From positions 68,138,001 through 68,202,000 of the forward strand of contig NC_086104.1 in assembly GCF_963921235.1 (NCBI RefSeq): a stretch of 64,000 bases of DNA, given 5' to 3'. The first letter of the stretch is position 1, and every line of letters begins with the position of its first letter. The position numbers were made by a program, and so were the translations under genes. Shown piece after piece: positions 24,959 to 37,106 of the stretch. The notes under the pieces were generated by a model. That model had not been told where the DNA came from. It saw only the letters and a program-made list of their open reading frames with translations, and made no database searches. This DNA comes from Mobula hypostoma. Lineage: Eukaryota.

Positions 24959-25209
24959 AAAAGGTAATGACTGCTGAGGGGAATCAAAAGGATAAAAGTG
25001 ACCAACAGTCAAAGGGTGAAGTGTGTAATTATCGTCGTGTGAAAAGTGGAAGTCTGGAAAAATCGCACAAAACTTCTCAAGTGGCACCAGCAACTGTGAG
25101 GACTAAAGAAATGAAGCCCCCATTTGCAATGTATGGTTGGGCTGGAAAGGAAGTGGAAGTAGGCTGTAAAAAGACATACAATGTTGCTGCTTCTGCTTTG
25201 AGAGGACAA
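24959..25209 (+). CDS. CCSAP: CCSAP coding exon 2
   Basis: Polypyrimidine tract plus CCAG acceptor; KPPFAMYGWAGKEVEVGCKKTYNVAASA conserved motif; donor CAA|GTGAGT. Confidence 0.92.
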
Positions 25210-26889
25210 GTGAGTATTTGAAAAATCCTGACCTTTTCCCCTATTTTGTGCCTCTTCTGAGCACTTGTATAAATCTCTGGAGGCATAGAATTTGAAAAGC
25301 AGTTAAATTGGCTTCCTCAAATTGTAAAATTTTGTTTATTTTAAAGCTGAAGTTTTGTTCGCACTGGTTACTGTACTATGAAATCTTATTCAAAACTAAA
25401 CATGTGATACACTAACAGGATTATCAATCGGGAAAAATTACATGGTTTGGAGCTCCTTATCTTAATGTCTTCACCATGCCAATTGTTTAAGTGATAATCT
25501 GCATCTTTTTAAACTGCTGAATTTTACATGTTCCATAACTTTCAGAAAATCAAAATTTTGATAATGTTCTGTATGATGAAATGCTCAGAGGTTTAAAGAA
25601 AGTAGAAATGATTGTTTAAGAGGAGATTTTAAATGGCTCTGAGTGGGGTAGTGATTTTTAAATTTGACAATGGTGGAATTGAGATTTTTAAATATTTTGG
25701 TACATGATAGTACTGGGGAGAAAGTTAGGGATGAGGAAGGTTAGCCTATGGATTGAAAACAGGAATGAGAATTTTAAAATTGAGCCATGCTTAAGCACAA
25801 GCTAAGTCAGTGAGCACAGGGATATTGGGTGAGTGGGAATCGGAATTTTGTATAATGGAGATTTTTTTAAAAAAAAGACAGTGGGCGAACTTTCTCCATC
25901 ATTTACTCATTCAAAGGAAGTGCATGTTCCTGGTAAACCCAGCAGTTATTGACCATCGATTGTTCTGAGACAAACATCAATATTGGCCGGTCTGAAGTAT
26001 TCTATAGCCAATCAGAGAGATCTCCTAAACTGAAGCTGATTAGTGAGCCAGAAGATTTTAATTCCCTCCCCTTACAGTCCTATCACTTCATTACCTTCAC
26101 AGTTATTTACTCAAATATATTTAATGATTATGAATTCCTAGTCTGTAGTTCTGGAGTGTCTCTCCCTGTGTTGCTGGTGGGTTTGGGTCCTGAGAACTGT
26201 AAGCCAACTGAATTTTCTGAAGTTGGAAATAACAATTCCCCCCCCCAAATAGTCATGTTAAATGTTTAGCTTTCACAGCCGATGGGGACTTGTTTGTAAA
26301 GCATGTACTGGGAGAAGGTCAGTGTATGTGTTATGTTGTTATCTGCTAATAAGTGGGGGAAAAACTCGTAGTTTAATTAAAGGAAATATGTACTGATGTT
26401 ACAGCTTTGCAATTTGTAACATTTGATATTGTCTTTGAGAATGTGGAGAAGGCATTGTGTTTGTCTGTGGGTGATCTCTGCCTTGTTTTCCTGTGAAAAG
26501 ATCAGAAATTCTCAAATTCTCACAGGGTGCTCTTAGATAAAGTCAGATTTTCATAAATTAGGCCTTCTGTAACTCAGGGATCCTCTTCTGAGATTCAGAC
26601 TATCTCTGGATCAATATCCCAACTGTCTGGATACCTATCCAGTAACTTAACTGCACTCAATAACTCAGTTGAAATATTAAGCCTACAATTCAAAAGGATG
26701 GATTGAAGATTCAGCTATAATTTGAAGTGAGTTAAGAAATGGATAGTGATTCTGGTTTTAAGATTGTGAAAGGGCTTGCTGGGATGACTGTGGAGACCAG
26801 ATTTTATCTTTCAGAATGTTTTTTTAAACCAATTATGTGTAGTCTAAGTGAAGAATAAACAGCCTTTCCATGGTACTATTTTCTTTCAG

Positions 26890-27132
26890 ATTTATGAATC
26901 TGCAGTCCGGGCACACGATAGACGTCAAGTGCAGAGGGCGATGCGCGTGTCTCGGACACGGCACCGGGGCACAGAACCGCACAGTAACCGTGCAGCTGAC
27001 CACTGGTGTAAGACTTTACCAAGTCACAAGCCAACTTCTCAGCACTCATGTATTCAAGCTTTGAAACCTACTGGATTGGACAATCCCTGGCTCTCTGAAT
27101 ACATGAGATGTTTTTCAACCAGGTCCTTCTAA
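26890..27132 (+). CDS. CCSAP: CCSAP last coding exon
   Basis: TTTCAG| IYESAVRAHDRRQV...NPWLSEYMRCFSTRSF* matches the CCSAP C-terminus (IHESALRA...NPWMTEYMRCYSAR). Confidence 0.93.
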   Translation: MYESAVRAHDRRQVQRAMRVSRTRHRGTEPHSNRAADHWCKTLPSHKPTSQHSCIQALKPTGLDNPWLSEYMRCFSTRSF

Positions 27133-29689
27133 GTCTCAGCAGCCTCCTGGGGAAATTGAGCTTATTTATTAGGGCCCGTGGTGACCTTTATCACTGTATC
27201 AGCACAGGATCTAATTCGTCTGTATCACTGAAGTCAATTAATGTGTAAAAACTCAATGAACAGAGTATATTCGTGATACTTAGTTTCAGGTTCATCCTTA
27301 GTGACATTGTTGGTTTTCTGCCTTCAGCTGGCACATTGACAAAAGGATTTGATGTTTATTTTTGGAAAAGCATTCTTTGTGGTGTATGAAAATAGAATCC
27401 ACTACTGTTGTAACCTTTTCAAACATCAAGACCTATAATTGGAGTTGAATTTCAGAAAACCCAACAGTACTTTGCACAGTTTTGTCTTTATTTGATATCT
27501 TTTTTTATCAGAGTTAGCACTATCAAATCACACTGCACCTGTGAGTGTTTAAATTACCCTTCTTCTCTAATGACGTTCACTTTTATAATGTTTGTACCAG
27601 TACTTTTTTGGGTGCTTGTCTTTTGTAATATTTGTAGATTATCCAGTCATTGCCAAATCAGTTTGTGGAATTGCCTTGTGCACACAATAGTAACCAGATT
27701 TCCAACAGTGACTGCACTTTGAAAATATCAAGTATTTATGGGTGACTTCAAGTTCCAGATGGCCACAAGTTCTCAAAGGCACAATTTAAATAAGAAAACT
27801 GTGCCTAAAATGGCCCCGTAAGTTTAAACTTTTTGTCAATGTATGTTGAGTGCAATAGAAAAATGAACGTTTTCCCTGTGTCAGCTTGTATTTTTAACGT
27901 TAGGTTATTAGTCATGTACAGAGTAAGTTGCAGGCAAATCAGATGGGTAATTGCTTGGAAGTTTTGAGTGTGATGTGGAAGTGGTCTTTAGGGGGTGAGG
28001 GAAGAGAGCAAAGGTGGCATTTGGCTTTCAGTTCACCTATTAAGCTCAACACGGTCCTCAGCAAGAAGGTTGATAATATTTAGGTTGCACCTGAGTCCTT
28101 AACTTAAAGAAGTCATCAGAAAAGGAGGCTGCTAATGCTATGGGAAAAAAGAAGTCTCGTCGGTAACAAAGATTCTGGGTCAAGGAAATAAATGCACAGA
28201 CAAAGGAGGCAGAGCAGCTTAACAACAGTGCGCTTGAAATTGTCAGTTCCAGAGTTTGAAGCATTTGGGTGAATGTTAGAGATTGTGATCAAGAATTAGA
28301 TCGTTGGAAGGTGGGAGGGGAGAAGTTGTTTTTCATGGTTAACAAGAATGGAAGCTGTGAGTTCTGATATCTTAAAGGAAGACCTAGTTATGTTAAAGTA
28401 CCAATTGCAATAAAGGTTAAAATGAAACTGTAAATCAGGGTACCTGCTGCAATAAAAGTTTAAATTCAAGCAATAGATTGTTAGGAGATAGCAAGTATAA
28501 TGGTTCAGGAAAAGCAAAATATATTGCTGATACTTTTTTTGGTATCAGGGAATGTGAAATTACAAGTAAAGGTAACTAATCATTGAGATTACCAAGTATT
28601 GAAGAGTAACTGAGAACTTTAAAGTCCATATGGTATATTTTAGAATTTCCTGGAAAGGGTACAATTAAATGGATTGAACATTTTTTTCCTTGTTTGTGGT
28701 AACATTGTGACAAGGAAAGGGCTGTTTCTGACTCTAATATTAAATATACTGTAAATTAAAATAGGCAGCAAGGCTTTTGTTCTCTGAATTAATGTACACT
28801 GACTTAACATGTGTGCAGAAGTTGCGGGAAGTTTGTAAAATAATCATCTCCCTTGGGTCTTTGAGCAGGTGGAAGCTGTTTGCTAACTTGGGGAAGAAGT
28901 CAGTGCATCATAGGAAATTACCATAAAATACTGGGATTTCACTTCATAAATTAGTTCATAAATCAAAAGTTTAGAAGAATAGTGTCTGAGCAATCAACAT
29001 TTCAAACTTATATACAGTAATTCTTGTTTTTATGGCCATTCAATTCCTTCTTTGTGTTCCATCATTAAATAAGATCCTGGCTCACCTTCTGCCAGGTCAT
29101 TTTGGCCCTGTGTGAATTCCACACAATTGGATAAATCCATGGCTGATCTACTTCAACACGGTTTTCCTTCTGTAATCCCATTCACCATCAATTGGTTTTG
29201 AATATATTCAATAGAATCATAGTTATACAGCATGGAAATAAGTCCTTTGGCCCAACTCGTCCAAGCTGTCCAAAATGTCTATCTGCTCTAGGACCATTTG
29301 TCCATGTTTGGTCCATATCCTTAATGTTTCCTATTCATATTTGTCTTCTAAATGTTGTAACGGTGCCTATCTTTCATTTCATGTGCCGAGACCCTCTGTG
29401 TATAAACGTGCTCCTTTTGTCCTTTTAAACCTTTCTCCACTCCTCAAACCTATGTCCTCTAGTTTTAGAATTTTCCTACCCTTACCTGTGCCCCTCATAA
29501 TTTTGTTTCCCTCTCTCTCATGAGACCCTTCCCCCGGAAACTCAGGAGCCTTGTATCTCCTTACAATTCAAGCTCTTCAGTATTGGTAATAACCTTGAGA
29601 ATCTTTCCTGCACAGGTTCTGGCTGAATATCATCTTTGCTTTAACTAGGTTACCGGACCTGATAAATATCTCTACTTCATTTTTACTTT

Positions 29690-31600
29690 AGTGAGGTGTG
29701 CACGTATGATGTGACATGATGTATGCCATTCATATACTTTTACATGTAATCCATAATGAATTGTGTAAATAACAAAGAAGGCTGAATCAAACGATATATT
29801 TGCAATAATACTCGTACTAATATTGAATACACTACACTCCTCCCTGTTTTTCTATAAACTCCAACTCAATAGAGAATACATCTCAACTACAAATGTATAT
29901 ACACAGTATATGATATAATACAACTACCATATAGACATTCACAGCATAGTAAATATTAAATTGTTCATTCACACCTAAAGATTTAATCACTGGAGGATTT
30001 CTTACTCTTGTGGGATAATGTCTTTTCAGACTAGGTAGGGGTCACTCTGCTTAGCAAGAGAGACTTGTGGCTGTGAAACAATCTTAGGTTCTGGGGTCTG
30101 CTCTGTGGTGGTTGTAGGAGTTGACTCTGGGACTGTGCAGGAAGACGTTGACAGCTCCAAACACCTTAACAATTGACTCTGCTCTCCTCAACTGATCAGT
30201 GTGTTGTTTTGATATTATCTGGAGATGCAATCTTCACTGTGTCGGAGAGTGGTCCAGTTTTGTCTTAATCCTTCTGACTACCCACTTTTGATCAACCCTG
30301 TAGGCCCTCATCAGAACTGTTTGTTAGGGAGTGAAACATCAAACCTGCTTGTTTGAGGAGCCCTCAGTTTGTCTCAGTGCATTGTCTTGCATCCTCCTCC
30401 TGAGACTGGGTTTGAAGAGATCCAAGTGAGATGCAAGGAATGATCCGGGATCAGCAAAGCTGGTGTGTTCTTGGTTGTGGAGTGTGCTGCATTGTGATGT
30501 GCAAAGATGAAATTGGCAAGCTTCTGATTCAGTGTTAGTGTAGTGATTTCTGCTGACTTTGCTTGATGTACCTTCTTTAGACTCTGAACAAACCATTCTG
30601 ATAAGTCATTTGTAGCTGGATGGTATTATGTCTTATTCCACTTATTTTCAGGAATGACTGAAACTGTTCTGCAGCAAACAGCACAGCAGTCATTGTCACT
30701 GACAAAGTGTTCTCGAACACCAGTCCTTGAAGAAGCTTCTCATTACATCAACAATGTGCGAGACTGTAGTGGAGGTTATTGTAGCTGCATCCACTACTAC
30801 CGAGAAATTTGGGTCCACTGGTGTTACCCATGGGCTCTGCTCAATGTTGGATAGAATTCCTTCAATTCCATGTGATCCAGCTCACTGGCTATTTTATCAC
30901 AGATGGTATAAGGAGCCAGACAGGTTTTGTAAAACTTGGGTGTGGCATTTTTATTTAACACTATTTTACCCTTGATATGTTTTGAGTTTTCCAATGCCAT
31001 CCTTGAACACTGGCATCATCCAGTACCTTTCATAATTCACTGTCATTGACTATTGCAAGGATCTCCAATCAAGTTGTAGTCTCAGCCAATCACAGCTCCA
31101 CAATGTTGGCCCTCCTGTTTTTTTTACCACATGCAAGCCTAATGTGGCTTGTTGGTTGTTGCATTTCACTGTTATGAATGTTATTCCCATGGATGTTATC
31201 TTTTCTCCGGTATAAGTTCTTTATTGGATATCTGCCTTTAAAACGCCATTCAAACTTACTTTGTGGAATGACTGAAAAGCTGAACCAGTGTGCAATTCCA
31301 TTTAATTAATTTGAATTTCACTTATGGTGTAAGCCATATTACTTGTCTATTATAGTTTTCACATTTTAATTTCTCAAGGCTACCCCATCCTGGGTCGCTC
31401 TCATCATTATCAGCGACTTCATCAACAGCATGCAGATTAGTCCTCTTTTTGAAACTGCAACTTGACTTTTTATCTTTTTCTCTTCTCTGTGCAGTTTTAT
31501 TTTTGTCTGCCCAAACATGTTCTTTACTTTGTTGCATTTTCTGAATGGATAGAGCTAAAGATGGTGCCAAAGGATGACTTCTCCCAGCTCATCAGTGAAA
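29690..31600 (-). mobile_element. Decayed, internally deleted Gypsy LTR retrotransposon
   Basis: Minus strand gives remnants of a protease (MELHTGSAFSVIP, YTGEKI) and an integrase C-terminus (SHLDLFKPSLRRR, GPLS.TV); many disruptions. Confidence 0.65.
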
Positions 31601-32043
31601 CAGTTAAATTCTTCCTGTTCTAATGTCTCTAGTTTCCTTCCCAGGGTGGCTGGGGTCACATCGAGATCTTTGATCTACAGAGGCATTCAAAAACTACGGT
31701 TCTGCACGACGGTGTGCTCCCGTTCTCGGAGCTTGCCGATTGGCTGCGTTTCAGTATGTCCAGGTTTGGCCTGAATCCGGGCGACTTTGGGGCCTGTCCA
31801 GCCCCATGGACACAAGTTCTCACTGATGTCGCGTACTGAAGCGTAGCGGGAGCTGAAACATTGAAGACAGCGAGACTGGCTGGCGGAGGGCTCTGCACTC
31901 CGTAATCAATTTGTCAATTCTTGAGTCGGGGGAAACTCAAAATAAAAAAAAAAGCCAGGCTTTGGGCTGACTGTAACATTGACATAGTGGCTGCTGTCTC
32001 CCCTGTAACCGTGAAAGGAGTGACATCTGTCTCTCCCTTTGTT

Positions 32044-32044
<1 letters not shown>

Positions 32045-32080
<36 letters not shown>
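32045..32080. repeat. (TG)n microsatellite
   Basis: Direct observation. Confidence 0.95.
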
Positions 32081-32081
<1 letters not shown>

Positions 32082-32149
32082 AGAAAGAGGGAGTGTGTGA
32101 GCCTGTGGGATGTCGAAATGTTGGAGTGAACAGTTAGTTTTTGATGCAC

Positions 32150-32710
32150 TGTTTTTATTGACATTGAGTGTGAGGTTGTTGTTGTGACACCACTCAGCCA
32201 ATTTTCAATCTGCCTCCTGTATGCTGATGAATTACCACCTTTTTGATACAGTCCACAACAGTGGTGTCATCAGTAAATGTGTATATGGTGTTGGAGCTGT
32301 ACTTAGCCACACAGTCATGGGTGTAGAGCAGGGCGTTAAGCTCACAACCCTGTGGTGCACCTGTGTTGCTGGAGATTGTGGAAGAGATGTTTTTGCCAAT
32401 CCAAATCAACTGGGGTCTACAAGTGAGGAAATCCGGAATCCAATTGCACAAAGAGGTACTGAGGCCAAGGGTTTGTAGCTTATTGATTAGTTTTGAGTGG
32501 ATGCTGAGCTGTAATCAATAAATTATTGAGCATCATGATGTATGCATCTTTGTTGTCCAGATATTCCGGGTTTGTGTGAAGAGCCAATGAGATGGCACCT
32601 GCTGTAGACCTGTTGCTCCAGCAGGTAACTTGGAGTGGATCTGAGTCACCTCTCAGGCACTAGCTTCTTTGTGGATGTAAGTGTGGTTGGATGAGGCAAG
32701 TCACCACCAT
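32150..32710 (-). mobile_element. Rex1/Babar LINE RT fragment
   Basis: [13 protein letters not shown]...[18 protein letters not shown]...FTDDTTVV. Confidence 0.88.
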
Positions 32711-32759
32711 GTAAGATAATGAAATGAATGGTTTTATTTTGCATAAAGTAGTGGAAAAT

Positions 32760-34597
32760 AAACTGTATACCAATCTGGATTTTGTGAAGGGAGAATGAGC
32801 ATGAACTTGGTGTTAACTTTGGAATCTGATATTCATAAGGCCCAGGTTAATAAAGAATCAGTGGTTACAGTTTTCTTTGATGCAGAAAAAGTTTGATATG
32901 TTATGGACAAAAAGATTTGCTTCAACTGGAAAAGATGGGATAGGTGGCAGAATGTTCAATTGTATTCAAGATTTTTAATGTAATAGGTAGATACAAGTTA
33001 GGGTGGGAACAACATTTTCTAAGGAGTATGAGATAGAGAATGGGACTTCACAGTGGAGTGTCTGCAACCCACTCCTTTTTAATACCGATAATGATATTTT
33101 CTTAAATGTTGGCTCAGATGTTTCCAAATCATTTTGCGCTGATGACAGTACAGTGTGGAAGACAGGCAGGAATATTCTGTACATTATATAGTTAGGAAAA
33201 TGCATACAACTATGAATGAAGTAGGGAGATGGGGATTTAACTTGAATCTTTGCAACAGAAAATATGCGATAAGTCTCTTAAACAAGAGTCAGTGGTAAAC
33301 TTTCTAGATATGTGGATGGACACAAGGCTAACATGGAAGGTGCTTGTGCATAAAGTTCCAGAGAAGTGATTTGTGTGTAAGTAGGAGGTCATTTAAACAA
33401 ATGTATATTGCTTTAATCAGATATCTTTGATTATGGAGTGCTGCTTCTGGGTTGGCCTCACCAGTGGTCTTAAAGCCCTTACGTAAAATTCAAGCTCAAG
33501 TATTGAGATTATGTTGTGGTGCTATTAAATCATTCCCAATTTTGGCATTACTGGTGAAGTACCTTGCATCTCCACAGATTATAGTTAGCAATGGTTTATT
33601 GGGTTAGCATAAAAGGACATAAAGTTCGTCATCCCATATTGGCAACATTATCAGACAAAGTTATCAGTATTCACTTCTAAAAGGTGCTATCATTTTAGCC
33701 TTGGAATAGGTTGAAGTACACGCTGATTATTTACTTCTGTGCCCTGAATCGTTCTTGGTCTTGACATCTATTAAAACAGATCCTTCAAATTGTTGGCCAG
33801 ACATTCTTCTTGAGATTGGACATTTGTTGAAGCTGCAGGGTCGAGGCCTGTGCATTCATTTTGTCTGGGTCCCTGCCCCTGTTGGGGTTGAAGGAAATGA
33901 GATGGCAGACATTCTATCCAGGCAATCATTTAAAATTAAAGATGAGTCCTGATGAAGGGTCTCTGCCCAAAACGTCGACTGTACCTCTTCCTGTAGATAC
34001 TACCTGGCCTGCTGTGTTCACCAGCATTTTGTGTGCGTTGCATATAAATATAGTGGTGCCTTTGTATAAGGGGAAGATGAAAACCATAATTGAAAAGTGT
34101 ATTTAATCATTGTGGTAACAACGTTGGTACAGTAGAAGGAAAAGACAGCATCTATATAAAATTCAGAGGATGGTGACTGGGAACTCAACTGGGATATGGG
34201 TATACAAGGAGACAAGTTATATTTGCACGTTTACGTATTGGACATACTAGATGAAAAACCTGTTAAGAATTAATGTGCATGATACGGGAGTGCACTAGTC
34301 AAGAAGCGGCGCAGCATATTATTGTTTGAATGCGATTCCTACGAGGTGCAAAATAAACATTACTAAATTGAAATCTTTGGGACAGACACAGTTTAACGTG
34401 GCAAGTCTATTCGGATATCACTGCCATCGTAATGTATGTAAGTGCTAATTTTTTTCCTGAATAGGATTAAACATTTTGATATTATTTGAATTTTCTGGGG
34501 GGAGGGAGTGAATTTAACGAGTATACTCCCTGTCTTTTTGCTCCACACTAACTCAGTTAGTGGCGGTAATGCACCTGGTGCTGCTGTGAGCCGCTAT
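32760..34597 (+). mobile_element. Decayed I-group (Nimb-like) LINE with RT and RNase H remnants
   Basis: VVTVFFDAEK; IENGTSQWSVCNPLLFN; FCADD; RNase H IHFVWVPAPVGVEGNEMAD (~33853-33910); 3' end GTGGCGGTAATGCACC...CCGCTA. Confidence 0.75.
33944..34040 (+). mobile_element. Penelope-like tail with a mutated hammerhead, inserted in the Nimb-like LINE
   Basis: AGTC CTGATGA AGGGTCTCTGCCC AAAA CGTC GACT (33945-33980); GAAA changed to AAAA. Confidence 0.7.
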
Positions 34598-34609
34598 AAG
34601 TTTCACAAG

Positions 34610-34640
34610 GAGGGGAAGTGACGCCAATTTTGCGCGACGC
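34610..34640 (+). promoter_or_regulatory. PDCD2 proximal elements: ETS/half-CRE, CCAAT, E2F-like
   Basis: GGAAGTGACG 34614-34623, CCAAT 34624-34628, then TTTGCGCG. Confidence 0.45.
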
Positions 34641-34652
34641 TGGGAAGCGAGG

Positions 34653-35169
34653 ATGGAGGAGCGGGATCCAGGGCTGCCGGGCTCCAGACCCGTGGAGCTG
34701 GGCTTCGTGGAGCCGGCGGCCCCGGCGCGGCTGGCGAGCTCGCAGTTCCCCAGTAAGGTGGGCGGGCGGCCGGCCTGGCTGAGCCTGGAGCTGCCGGGCC
34801 CCGAGCGCCTGCGGTGCGGCGGATGCGCGCAGCCCCTGATGTTCCTGCTGCAGGTGTACGCGCCGCGGGAAAGCGCCTTCCACCGCTCGCTCCTCATCTT
34901 CTGCTGCGCGCTCTCGGACTGTCCGGATCGCAGCTTCATCATCCTGCGGAGCCAGCTGGGGCGGGTCAACGATTTCTATTCGGCCGAGCCCGAGCCGGAG
35001 CCGGAGCCAGATGCACCCGTCAGACCGATTCCTGGGCTCAACCTGTGCCGCGTGTGCGGCGCCTCTGGCCGCAAGACTTGCTCCCGTTGCCATCGCGCCC
35101 GGTACTGCGGCAAGGAGCACCAAAGAGCCGACTGGAAAGCGGGGCACCGAGCGGTGTGCGGCCAGCCCG
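34653..35169 (+). CDS. PDCD2: Programmed cell death protein 2, exon 1 (includes MYND zinc finger)
   Basis: VELGF...FPSKVGGRPAWL...PLMFLLQVYAP...FHRSLLIFCC; MYND CRVCG..G.KTCSRCHRARYCGKEHQRADWK.GH..VC; donor G|GTGAGT. Confidence 0.95.
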
Positions 35170-35289
35170 GTGAGTGATGGAGTGGGATCACGCAGTAACA
35201 GTGCGGAGCTGCGGTCACCAAATGTGTGCATGCCTTTTCCCTTTCTATCAAACTTCAAGTCGGTGTCTCTCCCGCTGTCGGTTTTGCAG

Positions 35290-35430
35290 GACAACCGGAC
35301 GATGATGGGTTTTCAGCTCTCAATATCCTTTTTCCCGAGTTCGAGTTGGTGATGGAGCTCGAGGAATCGGAGGGTGAGGAGCTGGAAGAACTCCAAACGT
35401 GCATGGGCTCAATGTCAGTACAAAAAAGTG
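35290..35430 (+). CDS. PDCD2: PDCD2 exon 2
   Basis: TTGCAG| ...ILFPEFELVME...; donor G|GTGAGT; phase 1 to 1. Confidence 0.92.
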
Positions 35431-36990
35431 GTGAGTGAGTATTGGATTACCACAAATCTAATTTGATATTGTGATGAAAATTCACTGTCCAGGCCCTGGG
35501 GCCCCCCTGACAAGCTCAGCCTTCTAACATAGCAACTGACATTTCAAGGGATCAAAGTTGTTTTTGAGTAAGTTCAAACCCAACTGATATTTCTTGCTCA
35601 AATTCCTGTCGTAAACAAGAACCGGTACAGTATTCGGTTTTAAATGTAAACTGCAAGCAATAGTCAGTACTAGGTTAAAAGGATAGATTTGCAAACAGCA
35701 CTGCCTGGGGAGCACAGCACTGGGCTGATGGAAATGTAGTGTAAGCAGTGGGGTTATGTTAGTTGGTTTGCATCTAACCAGACAACACTGGCTTATTTAG
35801 TTCAAGCAAGTTTACAGACCAGATCAAATAGCTGATCTGTCGATAGTTGGAAGATTTGTGTACTCTGTCAACCTTCACAACATTCATTTTGGTTGTCTGG
35901 AATATCTCTCCTTAGAACCTTTAAGACCATCTGTGTGAAAAGGCATTTTAAAAAATAGTGCATGCGAGTGAGGTCATCAAGTAGCAAAAAAACAGTATAA
36001 GTGTAAAGGAACAGTCAGGCTAGTTTGGAATAGTCAAGGGATGACAATAAAAAAATTTAGAAAGGTGGTGTGAAAAGAATCTTCATCTGCCTTCAATTTC
36101 TGCAACAGGTTTCTCGCTCATCTGCAACTCTCATGTCGTTTTAGCTTGCAGGAATTTTACCTGTGTTTTGAAAATCTTTTAGAAATCATTTGTAATTTGG
36201 AAATCTTTTAAAAAGCAGAAAATCTTGAGTTTAAAATGTGTCTTTAGAATTTTATCTAAATTTAAATGCGCATCACTAAAAGTGAATTGTGTTTGAACTA
36301 CTTTGTTGGCTGGAAGTATCATCTTGGTAGGGAAGGGAATTCCCGTGCTCAGTTCGTGGGTATTGGCAGCTAAACTTGCCATGGAGGATAAACAGGGAAG
36401 TGATCCAGCCTTTGAAGAGTAGCTGGCTACAGTAAAACCTCCCTAGCCACAGCTACCTATATCAGATGGGGCTTAAGATCTTCATTTGAGTTCAGAACTT
36501 TGCAACAGCAAGCCCAATACCATCATCATTCTGTGAAATATTAAGACTTCCCACTAAAACTTTAAAATGTGTCTTTAGAACAATTACAGCAGCAAAATTA
36601 TTTTGTCATTTCCTTGCTTTCATATTTCCTGAAGTTTAATTTATTTTCTACATTTTCTGTTCCCATCTTTAATTTTGCAGTGCCAAACTATGTAAAGCAG
36701 GCTGGCGTTGACAATTTACTTTTTCTTGCTAATAAAGACACTGAGTATTTTTTCCACAATACTTGTGTATGATAAATCTTGGTTTTATCATCTGACCCTG
36801 GGCAGCAAAGTAACATTTGAGCTGGATAGTATGCTTGCTTTCTGTCATTTTGTTTTGGTGTTTGACAGTCTATAGAGTATTCATCCTGCATAGTACAGCT
36901 CTGAAAAACACAAGTGGAAGAAATTGAGTCTGACATAATAGAGGAGGAGGTGATAACTGTCCTATGTCTAGTAACAATCTTTGTGGTCAG

Positions 36991-37106
36991 TTTGCATGTC
37001 TGAGGTGATGGAGGAGCAGGAGCTGGAAGCCATGGCAAAACATGCAACGAAAGAAGACCAGATCTTTGCTAAGTTTAAGAAGCGGATTGCATTAGCACCA
37101 GATCAG
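36991..37106 (+). CDS. PDCD2: PDCD2 exon 3
   Basis: ELEAMAKHATKEDQIFAKFKKRIALAPDQ; CAG|GT donor. Confidence 0.9.

Noticed and set aside
34553-35352. Overlapping ORFs (245 aa minus; 138, 119 and 113 aa)
   Set aside because: Shadow frames of the GC-rich PDCD2 exon 1.
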